The position numbers and the translations under genes were made by a program. The notes below the pieces were generated by a model, which was not told where the DNA came from, made no database searches, and saw nothing but the letters and a program-made list of their open reading frames with translations. Shown one piece after another: positions 12,761 to 25,334 of a stretch of 64,000 bases of DNA. Origin of the DNA: Octopus bimaculoides (Eukaryota); the NCBI RefSeq assembly GCF_001194135.2, contig NC_068989.1:70011286-70075285 (forward strand), written 5' to 3'. Numbering within the stretch: the stretch's first letter is position 1; each line of letters begins with the position of its first letter.

Positions 12761-14940
12761 TTAAAAGCGTCCTGATGGAAGAGAACAGGAACAAAAAAAT
12801 TAATTTGAACTACAAACTATGATTTGACATACTCTCGAATGATTGGCAATTGTTAAACTAGTTTGTATCAATATTTCTACCAATGACTTAAATTTGCTGT
12901 GTTGAATTTTTTTGAATTACCTCCAAGTCAGAAGATAACTTATTTTTCTGTCCAAATCAATGACTGTATTTATTACTTCTATTTACATATGCTCTCTAAA
13001 TGTCACTTCTTATTGCATACACGGAAGCAGATATTTTTGGCCATAGTTAAAAGCACAGATGTGTATTTTATTTATGTATCTCAAATTGTGAACAATAGCA
13101 TTGTTGGTTTATAGGTTTCCAATAGGCCTATCACTGGTTTACTGTACATATTCCTGACAGCAGTGAACTAGTGAGAGCAACAAAGGAGTATTAATAACAC
13201 AGGGGACTTAGTTACTAAACTGCCAGCTTTCCACTTTTCTTTTGGTGTTTATGTTTATATCTTTCACTGATATATATCAATGAAAAATATACACATGCCT
13301 AATGTGTTCACACACAGATATCTGTGTGTGTATACATATGCATACACACATTGGTGTGTGTGTATGTATATGTGTATTTGTATGTATATACGTATTTGTA
13401 TGTATGTATATGTATTTATATGTATGTAGATGTACTTAGGTGTGTGTATATATTTGTGTATGTGTATATATATATATGTAATGCACATAAGATTTTATAA
13501 GATAAAATTAGCAAAGTTTTAAAAAAAGGTATAAAAGATTTAAAACAAATAAACTCTAAAAATACTATCAAAGAAATTCAGGAACAACTTTCTTTTATAC
13601 CATTTCAATAATCTAAAGTACATGCAAGGTTAAACTAAAAGATGGAACGCCTAAAGCAACATAACAAATGACTATTTAAAAATAAATTGAATTAGTTATG
13701 AAACATTGTCTTCAAGATTAAAGCTTTGTTTGAATAATCTTGTAGAATGTCCATATTATGCATGAATAAATGTAGCGTATGTTGATTTGTACATTCATAT
13801 ATAAATATATACATACAAGGAATATATGGAGTTAAATTATCCAGGTGGGTACCATACAAGCACTCAGTTATAATCTAGTTTCAGGCTGATTACATTGAGT
13901 AGTAAGTAACACCTAGGATTACTTAGGGTGAGCAATCTGGGTGTCATTTATTATGAATATTAAGATTGGTACATCTGCGTATTACAGTTAATTATACAGC
14001 ATAATTAGTTTATTTATATATATACATCCTCATTCGTTCATTCCACTGTTCGTTCTTTTGTTCCCCCTCATTCACATTTCCTTGCTTTCTCTTCTCCCTC
14101 CACTTTTCACTTCCCTGTGTCCCTGTCATTTTTCTTGCCCCTCCCTAATTCTTTTGTCTCTCTACCTCTCCCTCTTCTCTTCTCATGTGTCCGGTGGTCG
14201 GCCAAGCCTGACCTTTCTTTTTTTGGACAGCCGTTGTGCATGAAACATCGTTATTTCTTCCTGTGCCTGTGAAATTTTGTATCCCGGCTGTAAGGCCTTA
14301 TTTCCATATACGCCAGCTTAATTTTATTCATCCTTAGTTGAAAGACATCTGTTGTTATGTCCCGTTATTATTCCTACTGTATTTGTGTAACATTGTTCGT
14401 TATTTTCCGTCCTTGTTTTTGTATACATTCGCTGCTTTCTTCCAAGGAATCTAATGCTCTTAGCTTAGTTTTCCCTTGGGGCTGGCCAGATTGGAGCAAT
14501 ATCGAGAATAACCAGCCGAAATTACAAAGATAATCTGGATCTCGACTGAAGAGAGAAAACTCTGAATGACACGTCTGTNNNNNNNNNNNNNNNNNNNNNN
14601 NNNNNNNNNNNNNNNNNNNNNNNNNNNNNNNNNNNNNNNNNNNNNNNNNNNNNNNNNNNNNNNNNNNNNNNNNNNNNNNNNNNNNNNNNNNNNNNNNNNN
14701 NNNNNNNNNNNNNNNNNNNNNNNNNNNNNNNNATATATATATATATATAATGTGTGTGTGTATGGTTGAGATATATATGTGTGTGTAGTGTAATATATGG
14801 ATTCATAGAATAGTGTGGCTACCACAGAAAGCTCCTCCAGTGGACTCATCTAGCAGATCGCATAGTAATCCAGTACAGAGGAGTATAATGCAGAGTTCCA
14901 AGCAGCTGAAATCCAGGTAATCTGATCAAGGAAATTATTT

Positions 14941-15320
14941 CAAGAGGTATGGAAGGTGAATATATTCATTTAATCACAGGACCCTTCTTCATGTAATAAT
15001 AATTTCAGTGTATAATGAATTATGTTTACATGTCTGCACTATTATGCATGTTGTGCATTATACACTACAACTGTATGTTTACAAATTGATGCAGATAATG
15101 AGAGCTAGGTCATCAGATCACCAGAACATCGTGTTTGTACTGATTCCACTCTGGGTTAAACCATGATTATACAATACATGTATTGTATAAGACATATCTG
15201 GCATATTAGTGCAGACATGTAAACATGAATTATTATACACTGAAATTATTATTACATGAAGACTGTGAATTGGCCATTATCCTGTAGTTAAATAAATATA
15301 TTCACCTTTTGTACCTCTTG
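14941..15320. mobile_element. Fold-back / long-TIR MITE-like element
   Basis: ~110-bp imperfect inverted arms: caagaggtatggaaggtgaatatatt...cttcatgtaataataatttcagtgtataat...tgtttacatgtctgcacta versus tagtgcagacatgtaaaca...attatacactgaaattattattacatgaag...aatatattcaccttttgtacctcttg. No TSD identified. Confidence 0.75.
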
Positions 15321-16799
15321 ACTTTATATGGATGTACATTTGTATGAATGTGTGTGTATAATATACAAGTATCTGTGTGTGTGTGTATTCAGATATCTAG
15401 GTGTCTGTGGGTGTGATATATATAAGGCATATGCACAGTTTCTATCTCTCTATTAAATTTCATTATTAATCAAATGGTATTATGTCAGATGACCCTCACC
15501 CAAACTACTCTGCAGTAGTACTGAATCTAGAACCATGTTATTATTAGACAGACTTTCTTAAGCAGAACGCCATACCTATTACACCTGTATATATGTTCCA
15601 ATAAATAATCAGAGTGATTTTGTTCAGAATATTATGCAATTGATGTTAAAAGGTGTTGTAATCAACTCTGAAATATCATTACCCTCTTGGTAGAAGCAGT
15701 TTCTGTTGTTGACTTTGTAAGGATTTCAGTGCTGTGAACTATGATATATTGACTCTTTCAGCTTTATGGTAGTTTTGCAGCTGCAACAATTAAAATGAAA
15801 ACTTGTTTATTTACATTTCTGCTTGTATCCTATCACATTAAACATTCAGAAAATAAACAGTGATGTTAGGATTTTTTTTTAATATGTATATAAACACATG
15901 ATCAGTTTGTTATGCTATAACCTTATATGAACCTTATATTGAATAGATATCTCTTTCAAAAACAAACATTATAGTTGCACATTTTTTTTACCTCTGTTGT
16001 CTGTCAGAATAATGTAGTTTACATACGTTGAAAATAACCTGAATTAGCTATTCTATGATATCATTATATCATGCTTTTTAATTTTTTTAACTGAAGAAAA
16101 GGATGTTGCCCAAAATCATTTTAAAACTGTCTTTGCCTGGAAGATGGATCAATGTAGATAATCTTTAGATTAAACATTTCAAAGTCAGACATTGAAAGTA
16201 AACATGATGAGGCAGGAGGTAAAATCCAACGGTGTCAGCTTTTTAAGAAGGTTTGAAGGTTTGACTGAGTTGTAGTGTTTGGCATGGGCACCAAAGAGTA
16301 AAATGTTGTGGATTTGTGTGACAGGGAGGTTTAAACAGGTTTTTGTGGTGGTGAGATGCAAATGGAATTTTCACCAACTTCAGCAAAGCAAAATTTATTG
16401 TTGTTTAAAGAGGACAGAGTATTGTAATGAGTAATAGGAGCAATGTTCCAATCATTTAATGTTTAAATATTTAAATCATACTCTGATATAAATTATATTT
16501 GAGATTTTGTGTAGAGTTAGCTTAAATTTAGTGATGAAAAAAAAAACACTTGGTCTAGGTGAATCAAACTTATTTAAATATATATAATAATATATAATGA
16601 ACTTATTGTATGCAGTGCTCGGGTGCACTACAACTCATTAGAAAAAATAACCAAAACTGCATGAAGAGTTCAAAGAATATGCACAGGAAGTGAACAGTGA
16701 AAAAGTCTTAAACAATAAAGGAAGAAGAAACAGAGGTGGGGGGGGGGGGCATCAGGTATACTGTTGGTGAATTTCAGCAAGCATGGAAGTTTTGAAGAA

Positions 16800-17420
16800 T
16801 ATAATGTCTCAACAGTTAACTGATGCAGGTAGTTTATTCCATGCTTCAGTAATTCTGAGTATAAAAAAATGTTTCCAAAAGTCATGGGTGTTGTGCTGTT
16901 TTTTTGAATTTGTAAGCATGTCCATGAATATTAGATGTATGGAATTCAAAAAGGTGCCTGTGGTTGTTGTTGGAAAGATGGTGGATAATCTTGTGGGTGC
17001 CTACAAGCTCAGTTGCCAGACATCAGAGCTTTAATGTGTCCTTGCCCAGGAAAGCAAGACATTCAAAGTATGATAGATGTCTGACGGTGATGCAAACTCT
17101 GTGTGGACATACCATAGTCATGTACAACTTTAAATAGATAGCTGGAGAGCAGCTGACAAAGGTCTTACTGAGTGATGCTAAGACACTCTCAGTCTTCTTG
17201 ACAATCTTAGAGATGTGATTTTTCCAACACAGATCGCTGTTATGTGTCATCATAATGCACATGATGAAGTGTATGATGTTGGTGAGTACATTTTTATGAA
17301 GTAGTATCATGTCTTGTGTTATGGTATCGTTCTGTAGGTTTAGGCTGTCATGTCACCAACCATAGGTTGTTTTTTCAGGTCTTTGTTCATAATGCCTGCA
17401 GATCATTCTGCCAGTTGTTA
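16800..17420 (-). mobile_element. CR1/L2-type LINE, degenerate RT C-terminal fragment
   Basis: DLCWKNHISKIVKKTESVLASLSKTF...LKLYMTMVCPH, then HGHAYKF...FFILRITEAWNKLPASVV, matching CR1 LSW..HI..IV.K...RTF...LY...VRPH and RGH...FF..R....WN.LP; stops and frameshifts present. Confidence 0.8.
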
Positions 17421-17649
17421 TTTCAATTGATAAATGTTTAAGAATTCTGTGGAAGAGCTGTCTAAGAAAGAAATCATTGAATAATATAAAAGAAAGTTGC
17501 TGGCTTGAATATTCAAAGGCTGTACTTGGTAGCCAGAAATCAAATTGAATCTTTCTTGAAGAATATCACAACCTTTGCTCTCCACTATGATATATATTCT
17601 ATTTATATATATCCATAAGTTTCATTTCTGTTCATTTTTCTTTTTGCAG

Positions 17650-17767
17650 CTTGTACCAATCCTGATATGGAATGCTCCTATGGTGCCTGGGTTGCTCCTG
17701 CTCTCATGTGTGTATATTTGCTCGTAGCTAACATTTTGTTAGTTAACCTACTTATTGCAAGATTCAA
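17650..17767 (+). CDS. TRPM3: TRPM1/3-like channel exon (outer pore loop, S6)
   Basis: ttgcag acceptor, TTC AA|gtaagt donor (phase 1/2). (P)[38 protein letters not shown](N) matches TRPM C..GAW..P.....[15 protein letters not shown]. Too short for the ORF track; found by reading. Confidence 0.95.
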
Positions 17768-17829
17768 GTAAGTTTATTTTAATTTATTATGATAACATAT
17801 CTATTATAAACTACACAATCTTCAAACTC

Positions 17830-18890
17830 TAGAGTGAAATTGGTTTTAACCTCTTACTGCAAGATCTTTTAATTGATAAAGAAGTCCGTTTAGTAAAGAA
17901 GGAAATTACCAGAATTGACATTTTAAACCTCACGGCATGCCTACAGGAATTTCAGAGCTTGCGTGTCTGGTTCAAAGCATGTTTATCCTGGAACAGGATG
18001 AAGAACTTTCCTGAGAAGCAAAGATTACATTTCATAGGTCTTTTATAAGCTCCATGTCTGTATGATGATGCTTTTTCTAGAATTTTTCAGGTTACATTGA
18101 AAGGACAGGTGTTATTCTCTTTCAGTTCCCAGACATGCTTTACAAGACTATTTGCTGTCCTATTCTCAGGGTATCAGAAAGAATCTTGGTGGGAATAGAA
18201 TCGAGTCTTGAATGAATTTTCCAAAGCACCTGTGTATGTTTTATATTCTTGTGAGCCATCTACTTGCACTTTAGCTCTATAAACAATTCCTTTTTCAAAA
18301 CATTTACTTTCTAATGGACAGCAAGTCTTATCTTTGAAGTTGCAGTTCCTCAGATTAGATTCAGTACAGTAGTTGTTTGTAATAATTTTCGTGTTATGTT
18401 GGTTGATAAAAAGAGGCAAAGTTTTTACAACAAGAATACCTAACCTTCAGTGTTGTCCTATTAAAATTTCTATAGAACTTATGGCTAGATTGAAAATGTT
18501 TAGAAACTAATTTTAAGAATTCCCTACTTATATTAAATGTGGGCTTAAACCACAAAACTTTCCAAGTTCTAGTTCTACGTGGTCTATTATTGTTAGAATT
18601 AGCTTGACTATACTGGATCTTCTCTAAGAATTCGCTTTTCCTTAATGCACTATTGTAATACAGTGCTGCATTTTGAAATGCTGTCTCATCTGAAGAGATT
18701 GATGATATTCACCTTCCTACATTACTAACTAGATTCTTAAGAATTACGGGTAGATGATTAGTTTCTTTGCTAATATAACATAGCTTTTCATTGGGCTTAC
18801 AGTAGGGTTTAAATTTATTTAATTGCAAATCTAAGTTGATATCTAAAAAATCTACATTATTAAGGTTACTGCAACTGCAAAATAACAGTT
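17830..18890 (-). mobile_element. Penelope-like element relic (RT thumb + GIY-YIG endonuclease)
   Basis: Minus strand reads VDFLDINLDL...FKPYCKPNEKLCYISKETNHLPVILKN...KHF...FNRTTLKVRYSC...NQHNTK...CN...CPLESKCFEKGIVYRAKV...TYTGALENSFKTRFYSHQDSF...SLVKHVWELK, the PLE pattern; interrupted by stops and frameshifts. Confidence 0.88.
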
Positions 18891-18990
18891 TTTGTGATAT
18901 TTTTGTTGCTTTTTAATAAAGCATATTACTTTACCTCTGGTATTCGAGTACTATTTCTTCCATCTTGTTTCACATCTATATGCTTACTCT

Positions 18991-19034
<44 letters not shown>

Positions 19035-19844
19035 ATTAGTTTGTTGAAATAATGTTTTGAAACATTCACCTGGCTTCCTCTTCTTTTATTTGTCTTACCT
19101 TTTAGTCGGGAAGGAAGGCAATGTCCATGACCGTTTACAGGGCCTCCAAGACTTGTGGGAGGGAGGGGGTATCCTCAGACCAGGAACCTGGTCTACATGC
19201 TTGCAATAAAATGGGATCTGTTAAAGGCACACAAGCTGCTAGGTGGTGGGGTTTAATTGGGTGGAACTCAAAATGCAAAGAGCCTGGACAAATACAACAA
19301 AGTATCTGGTCTAATATTCTTACAGTTCCACTACTCCACCATCTTAGATTGATACTTCATCCTTCATCTGCCCAGAAAGGATAAAAGCTGACTTGAACTC
19401 AGAGTACAGAGAATTGGAACAACTGCCATGAAGCAGTCTGTTCAATGCCCTAATGATTGTGCCAATTCACTACTATATGATAAAAATATCTATCTTCGCT
19501 TTAGAAATTTTGCAAATTTGCCTTCTGGTAAAAAATCTCCTCTAAATTTCTGTTTGTATGTTCTTGCATTTCTGTTTTCAGATAATTTTATGAATTCCTT
19601 ATCACTCAATCCAATTGTAGTTTGCAAGTAGTAAATTTTTCTCTTGCATCTGTCAGTTGAGGAATTGTTTTCATATCATCAATTAAAAATTTCACTTTCA
19701 CACACACATTTCTTTCATTGCAGCTCATTAAAGTATCTCTATATAAATGATCTTCTATTGAATTTCATTATTCTTTAACTTGTATATTTCTATAATCCAT
19801 ATTTCTGATTTCAGTGTTATAGCCACATTTAGAACATGTTTTAA

Positions 19845-20352
19845 TCCTTTTGTTACCAAATTTCAATTGAAATACATTGTTTATATTTCAATAAATTTTG
19901 AAAATAATGAAGAGTTTAGTAAAATAACTTTGTCCTTATTAAGTTAGTGTTCTGAACATAAACATGAAATTTTGTTACAAGGTTTTTAATTTAGATCAGG
20001 GGTTCTCTACCACTTTTTACCTATGGACTCCTTTGATTGCTATTTTGTTCTGGTGGACCCCCATAGCCATTCAATGTTTAAAGATACTTCTTTCAAAATT
20101 CCTATTTTGTTTTTCACACATTGCCTTGTGCAGATTGAACAATTTAAAACTTTAGAGAAGAAAATCCAAGCTGTTTCTTGCAGTACATACTAATATATAC
20201 ATCTGAAGCAAAATTTTTTTAGAGGCCTTTAAAATACAATTTGTTAAGTGGACCCCAAAAATCCTATATAGACCCCCAGTTGAGAACCACTGATTTAGAT
20301 CACTTTAAAAAGGGAAGTAGGGGCCATCTCAAGAATCTTGGTATCAAAAGGG
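19845..20352. mobile_element. piggyBac-like MITE family 1 (host of nested hAT MITE)
   Basis: TTAA at 19841-44 and 20353-56; termini tccttttgttacc / ggtatcaaaaggg. Confidence 0.8.
19997..20292. mobile_element. hAT (Charlie/Buster-like) MITE
   Basis: TIRs caggggttctctac / gttgagaaccactg; exact 8-bp TSD ATTTAGAT (19989-96, 20293-300). Confidence 0.92.
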
Positions 20353-20461
20353 TTAATTAAAATTGTTCATTTGTTAATTTTCTGAATTATTGTTTTTTAC
20401 AATTTGAAAAAAAAAAATCATATTCAACAGAATTTCTTTTTTTCTTTTTTCAATTTTTTAG

Positions 20462-20652
20462 TGCAACATTCATTCGCAATAATGCTAATTCCAGAGAAAT
20501 TTGGAAATTCCAACGATATCAGCTCATTATTGTATATGAGCTACGACCCCTTTTACCTCCACCTCTCATCTTACTCAGCCATTTATTCCTTACTTTAAAG
20601 TTTATCAAACGAAGGTGTCAGGGAAAACGAGATTATTTTGATAATGGCCTCA
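20462..20652 (+). CDS. TRPM3: TRPM1/3-like channel exon (TRP box and TRP helix)
   Basis: tttag acceptor, CTC A|gtaagt donor (phase 2/1). ATFIRNNANSREIWKFQRYQLIIVYELRPLLPPPLILLSHL...DNGL contains the TRP box IWKFQRY and the LPPP motif. Confidence 0.96.
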
Positions 20653-20744
20653 GTAAGTATTATTACCAAACTATATTAAATCTTTCAAATAAGCTATGCT
20701 TATGTTTCTGTTTCTCTCATTGAACCTTACTCATTAATAGTTTT

Positions 20745-20909
20745 GCCTTATTGCATTCAGATTAGTCTATCAAATTCTCTTGTTTTGAATTAATCATGCA
20801 TTGTCTTATAACTTCGATTTTTCAATGATGTGATTGTTTATTTTTAGAATGATATTGAGGGTAGTTGTGAGCAGCTGGATATGGCTGGCTTGAATATTAA
20901 AGGGTTAAA
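20745..20909 (+). mobile_element. piggyBac-like MITE family 2, copy 2
   Basis: Ends aaagggttaa; homologous to 150-366. Confidence 0.55.
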
Positions 20910-22371
20910 TATCAATCATATTCATTTTTCCCATTAAAAATTATCAATTAATCTTATTTGCATTATATCTTATAGATTCTTTATTTGTGATTATCTGTAA
21001 AATGATGAGACAGAGTTTTCAAATAAAAGTTTTCAGTTTAGTCAAATAAAAGTTTTCAGTTTAGTGTTTGAAGCTGGACAAAAGCAGGAACATTTTTTTT
21101 GTTTTTGCAGAGTTGCTGGAATAACTTGAAGAATTTAATGAATATTATCATCAGCACAATATAATCATATTTACTTAGTTCTAGTTCCATTGCTAAAATA
21201 TATTTTGATTCTTATGCTAACTTTCCACAGTGAAGGTAGATAATGTATAATAAACCATCTTAGATTAATACTTTTTTTTTCATCTGCCCTGAAAGGATAA
21301 ATGGCAAAGTGAACCTCAGTTGAATTTGAACTCAGAGTACAGTGAGTTGGAACAACTACCATGAAGCAGTCTGTTTGATGCTTTAATGATTGTGCCAATT
21401 CACCACTATATCGTAAAAATATATTTTTCCTGTACAAAGAAAAAGAAAATCTATTTTGGCCCTTTTATACATCAGCAATGCTTTAACATCCACTTTTCCA
21501 TGAACCAGACAGAGTTGATAGAGGCAGATTTTCTCTGGCCAAGAATCTCTTTGCAGAATATTGAAAACGAATGACACTGCTTATATGACAGTGGCAATCA
21601 TTTACAATTATCATATGATGCCAAGGGAGAGAGAGACACAAACATACACACACATTTACATACATATATACATGATGAATTGGTTTTAGTTTCCATTTAC
21701 CAAATTCACTCACAAGGCTTTGGTTAGGCTAGGATTATAGTAGAAGACACTCATGGTGCCATGCAGCAGGACTGAACCCAAAGCCATGTAGTTAGGAAGC
21801 AAACTTCCTAACCACACAGCTGTACATTACCAATAATTTAATCAATTTTACAGTAAATGTCTTTCCATTAAGTCACCTTTCACTACCTTAACCTTGGTCA
21901 GCTTTATTGAAAATAGGGAGCACTTTATGCTCACAGCTGAGTTGATAGCATTAGAAGACAATCCATTTGCTCTATTAATTCCAGTAGTTCTTCACCAAAA
22001 TTTAATGTCTGTCATCATAGAAATGTTTCTTTGCTTAAAACCATTTTAGTTAAGAGGAAAATAAATGCTTTCAAATGATTTGCTGTCGTCAAGAATAAAT
22101 AACTGTAGTGTGATTGTTATGTTTTGGAATTAGATATCGCATGGCTATTCTTAGTATACTCTTGGACATTTTTAGCTTAAGGGAAATGTACCAAACTAAT
22201 TATTCTCTTGGAATTTCAAATGTGCATTCAATATTGTTTATTTTTAGCTTATATTTATTTTGCTCAGATTTTAGGTAATTCTTTGTCACATAATCCTTTC
22301 TTTTTCCATTTTCCTTTTTTCTTTCTTTTTTTTTTATTACAAGTAACAGGTGAAGATGCATAATCTAGTGA

Positions 22372-22690
22372 GGCACATAGCTTAGTGGTTAGGATATTCA
22401 GTTCATGGTCATAAAGCCATCAGTTCGATTTCTGGTGGTGCATTGATATCCTTGAGCAAAATACTTTATTTCCTGTTGCTCCAGTCCATTCAGCTTACAA
22501 AAATGAGTAGTACCTGTATTTCAAAGGGCCAACCTTGCCACATTCTGTGTCACACTGACTTTCTGAGAACTATGATAAAAGTATGCGTATCTGTGGAGTG
22601 CTCAGCCACTTACATATTAATTTCACAAGCAGGCTGTTCCATTGAGCGGATCAACTGGGACCCATGTTGTCATAACTAACAGAGTCCCAC
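22372..22690 (+). repeat. SINE family B copy
   Basis: tRNA-like head ggcacatagcttagtggttagg plus the family B body. Confidence 0.75.
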
Positions 22691-25283
22691 TTAGTTGAAG
22701 GCATTGCATTCATGATCGTAAGATCATGGTTTTGATTCCCAAACTGGTTGATGCATTATATTATTGAGCAAAACACTTCATTTCATGTTGCTTCAGTCCT
22801 CTCAGCTGTAGATGAGTTCCAATAATAGCTGGGAAGCTAACCCTGTGACAAACCACTGTCCTGTTCAGGAATACTGTTGTTATAATCTCAGTCACTTATA
22901 CACCATCAAAACTGAGTTAATCTCTGGCCTCGTGTCCTAACATTGCAGACCTAACAACTAACTTGCTTTATAAAGAATTATCTTACTCTATACCATCATC
23001 ATCATTTGTTCACTTTTCCTTCTTGCATGGGTTAGATGAAGTTTATTGAGATAGATTTTTTTATTACTAGATGTCCTTCATGTCTCCAACCCTCACCTGT
23101 TTCTAAGCACTATATATTTAATGATGAGTCCAAAGAATCAGCATCATCATTGTCTAATGTCCACTTTCCATGCTTGCATGCATTGGATGGTTTGAAATGG
23201 AGCTGGCAAGCAGGGAGCTGATCAGTCTCCAACTGTCTGTTGTGGCTGGATGTCCTTCCTAACACCAACCATTTAACAGAGTGTGCTGGGTGCTTTATAC
23301 GTGCCACCAACATGGGTGCATTTACGCAGCACTGGCACAGGTGCTTTTAATAGATTAAGATATATATACATGCCAAACTGACAAGGTTTCTCTCCTTGCT
23401 ACCCTTTTAACTATCTTTAAAATAGTTGTATACAAAAAATATTGCTTGGTATAATGATATGAGTTTAGTCACATTGTTGTGAAAAGATTTTCAGTTTAGT
23501 GTTTGGAGGTAGACAAAACAGAAACATAATTTTTTGGCCATTGCTGGCACAATTTGATTATAATATTAACTAACCAACTTATGTATAGTTTAATAATCTT
23601 TCACCAAAAGTGTTTTGTGATGGTCTTTCTTTTTTTTTCCTTAGAAATTCACCTTTAAATAAAATGAAGAAATCTATTTTATATACATTAAACATTAAGC
23701 TCAATATAAAGTATAGGAAATTATTATTGTTTTAATAAATAACATTTCTCATATTTTGTACAACTTTCCAATAGTTGCACTATTTCAATACAGTTATGTT
23801 TACACATAGACACACAAACAAAAATACATGGAGAATAACTCTTTTCTCTTTGGACTTGTAATTTCATTTGGCATTTAAATAATAAAAGTACATACAAATG
23901 CTTTAATAGTACTTTGTGGTTCTGAAATCCCCCCCTCCCTTTTTATGCTTCTCTGTATTTACAATTATCATTTGATAGGTCATTTTACAAGTTTGCAAAA
24001 TCTGTTGGTTTTTTTTCTTCCTTTTTTTTTAGAGAGAGGAAGAAAGAAAGATGGGATAGTAAACTATATCTAAGATGTGTGACCTAGCAGTTGAGCAACT
24101 GGGTTCTTGATCATAAGGTCATGGGTTCAATTTCCAGTCCAGTAGGTGCATTGTGTCCTTGGGCAAAGCACTTTACTTCACATTGACCTGATGGTTAGGG
24201 TGTTGCATTGTGTTCTTGATCAAAACACTCCGTTCCTCATTGTTTCATCCCACTCAGCTACAAATGAGTTCCAGCAATGGCAGGGAAGTTAGCCCTGTGA
24301 TGGACTAGCATCCTGTTCAGGAGAGAGTGTTGTAATCTAAGTCATTTATATGCCATGGAAACTATGGTAAGCTCTGGCCTTGAGTCCTAAGGCTCATGAC
24401 AATCCAACCAACTGGCAAAAAATGTTTATTAAAATAGAGCGACCAATCAGAATCATATTATTGTGGCAGCATTGGAAAGCCAGAGGTACAAACAAAAACA
24501 TTCAGGGATGAAAATAAATACATATTCTATCATAAACTATATCCAGTATTTGAGATTGACAGCCATGTATTGTATAAGAACACAGCATCAAGATATCATT
24601 GTTTAGTCATCTCTGGTCAAGAAGACCAATATGATGAATGCTAAAGGATGAAATAAATATAAAAACCAAGATTATATTTTGCTACATGAAGGCAGTGGCT
24701 GAGTTGCTGGACAAAATGCTTGGCTGCATTTCATCCATCTTTATGTCCTGAGTTGAAATTCTGCCAAGGTCATCCATGCTTTTCATCTTCCCAGGGTCAA
24801 TAAAATAAGCACTTGTTGAGAACTGAAGTCAATGTAATCAACTTATCCCCTCCTCCGAAATTGCTGGCTTTGTGCCAAAATTTGAATTCAATATTTTGCT
24901 ACATATGATATAATTGTCTGAAATATTTTCTTTTGAAATTTTCTACTTATATATAGTTTTTCACTGTTAACTACTCAATTATGATAATGAAGAAGAGGTA
25001 ATTAGTTGTTGGTAAAAAAAAGAGAAAAGATATAAACGTTTTTGTAATATAGATAAAAGTACTTTTAATTACCTATTTTGAATGTTGATTGCAGCTATAT
25101 TTAAGTATGTGTGTATGTATGTGTTCACTTCAGTTAGTCTATATAAAAGTAATCCCCCTAGTTTGAAACCAGTTTGATAAGTGCTAATGCATGAAACTCT
25201 CAGCCATTGAGTTACTATGTAATGTTTGCCTAGTAAACAGGAATACATGTGCATGCATGTGTGTATGTTAGTATATATGTGTA

Positions 25284-25334
<51 letters not shown>

